Below, in pieces: positions 52,951 through 53,277 of a DNA stretch of 53,277 nucleotides. Each line of letters opens with the position of its first letter. Position 1 is the stretch's first letter. The stretch is taken from positions 1 to 53,277 of IMG/VR virus record IMGVR_UViG_3300025815_002696; one strand, written 5' to 3'. This stretch comes from a virus. Taxonomy: Duplodnaviria; Caudoviricetes. The notes below the pieces were generated by a model. That model saw only the letters and a list, made by a program, of their open reading frames with translations, was not told the DNA's origin and did no database searches. A program made the position numbers and the translations under genes.

Positions 52951-53277
52951 CCCCTGATATCCTCTGTTGCTTTTCTCATGAACTTATAATTGACCCATTC
53001 CTCGAATCTATCTTTTTTATTTTTGTATGTCCAAAATGCTTTGCCCAACAATCTGTCCATGGTTCTCTGTGGTGTGTAATCTGACAGGGGAGTTTTCAAG
53101 TTGAACATGCCACAGCCTGCCTGTCCTTGCCAGTACGTTTGTCCTGTTGGATCCATTTCTGGAGAGTCTTTGAAAAATTCTGCTGATGTGATTTTTTCTC
53201 CAGTGTCATACATCGTGACCATGGTGTCTTCTTCTGTGTGATGGTAATGTTCCATGATACAGTGAACCAGTTGCTCC
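52947..53277 (-). CDS. Hypothetical protein (5' end probably outside the window)
   Basis: The frame stays open from the ATG at 53255 to the window edge; ATGA-coupled to the cyclase. Confidence 0.55.
   Translation of the reverse strand, partial: EQLVHCIMEHYHHTEEDTMVTMYDTGEKITSAEFFKDSPEMDPTGQTYWQGQAGCGMFNLKTPLSDYTPQRTMDRLLGKAFWTYKNKKDRFEEWVNYKFMRKATEDIRG

Noticed and set aside
1-53277. Stop-codon reassignment or selenocysteine readthrough
   Set aside because: Recognisable genes are full length in the standard code, and TAA, TAG and TGA all end genes at tight junctions.
1-53277. CRISPR array, tRNA, rRNA, IS or transposase
   Set aside because: No regularly spaced repeats, cloverleaf motifs or transposase motifs were seen, and intergenic gaps are mostly too short. 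A tRNAscan or Infernal run would be needed to exclude them formally.
1-53277. Bacterial chromosome or prophage origin suggested by clpA, dnaJ, def, iscA and groES
   Set aside because: These genes are interleaved with baseplate, fibre and lysis genes and T4-like late promoters, with no host-like operon context or integrase; a large lytic phage explains the window better.

Overview
This window is a 53 kb, gene-dense segment of a large tailed dsDNA bacteriophage genome (T4-like/jumbo myovirus style). Most genes lie on the minus strand and use the standard genetic code. A spanin-like gene pair suggests a Gram-negative host, and UV/oxidative-stress genes suggest a sunlit aquatic habitat (inference). 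From left to right: (1) 1-10.5 kb, a late cluster of probable internal head proteins. Many start with an M-[RK]-x-x-E-[FILV] tag resembling the T4 capsid-targeting sequence and are built from short basic or two-Cys modules separated by Glu sites; the cluster includes a Cu/Zn SOD and a nucleotidyltransferase-HAD phosphatase fusion. (2) A large lipoprotein subtilase. (3) A dnaJ-def-clpA operon. (4) A lysis region (holin-like, spanins, M15A peptidase) interrupted by an inverted two-gene insert. (5) Clamp loader, UvdE, ParB-like, GroES and a short stand-alone DnaE fragment. (6) Baseplate and tail-fibre paralogs. (7) A Maf/MptE-like, IscA, glycosyltransferase, QueD, MBD4-like, HIT, exonuclease and radical SAM region, with a preQ1-I-like RNA fold upstream of queD. 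(8) A CHASE2 adenylate cyclase. Both promoter classes, TAAATA (late) and TTGACA-N16/17-TATAAT (sigma70-like), usually sit only 5-9 nt before an ATG, which implies widespread leaderless mRNAs. No tRNA, rRNA, CRISPR array or transposase was recognised. All family assignments come from motif recognition by eye, not database searches.
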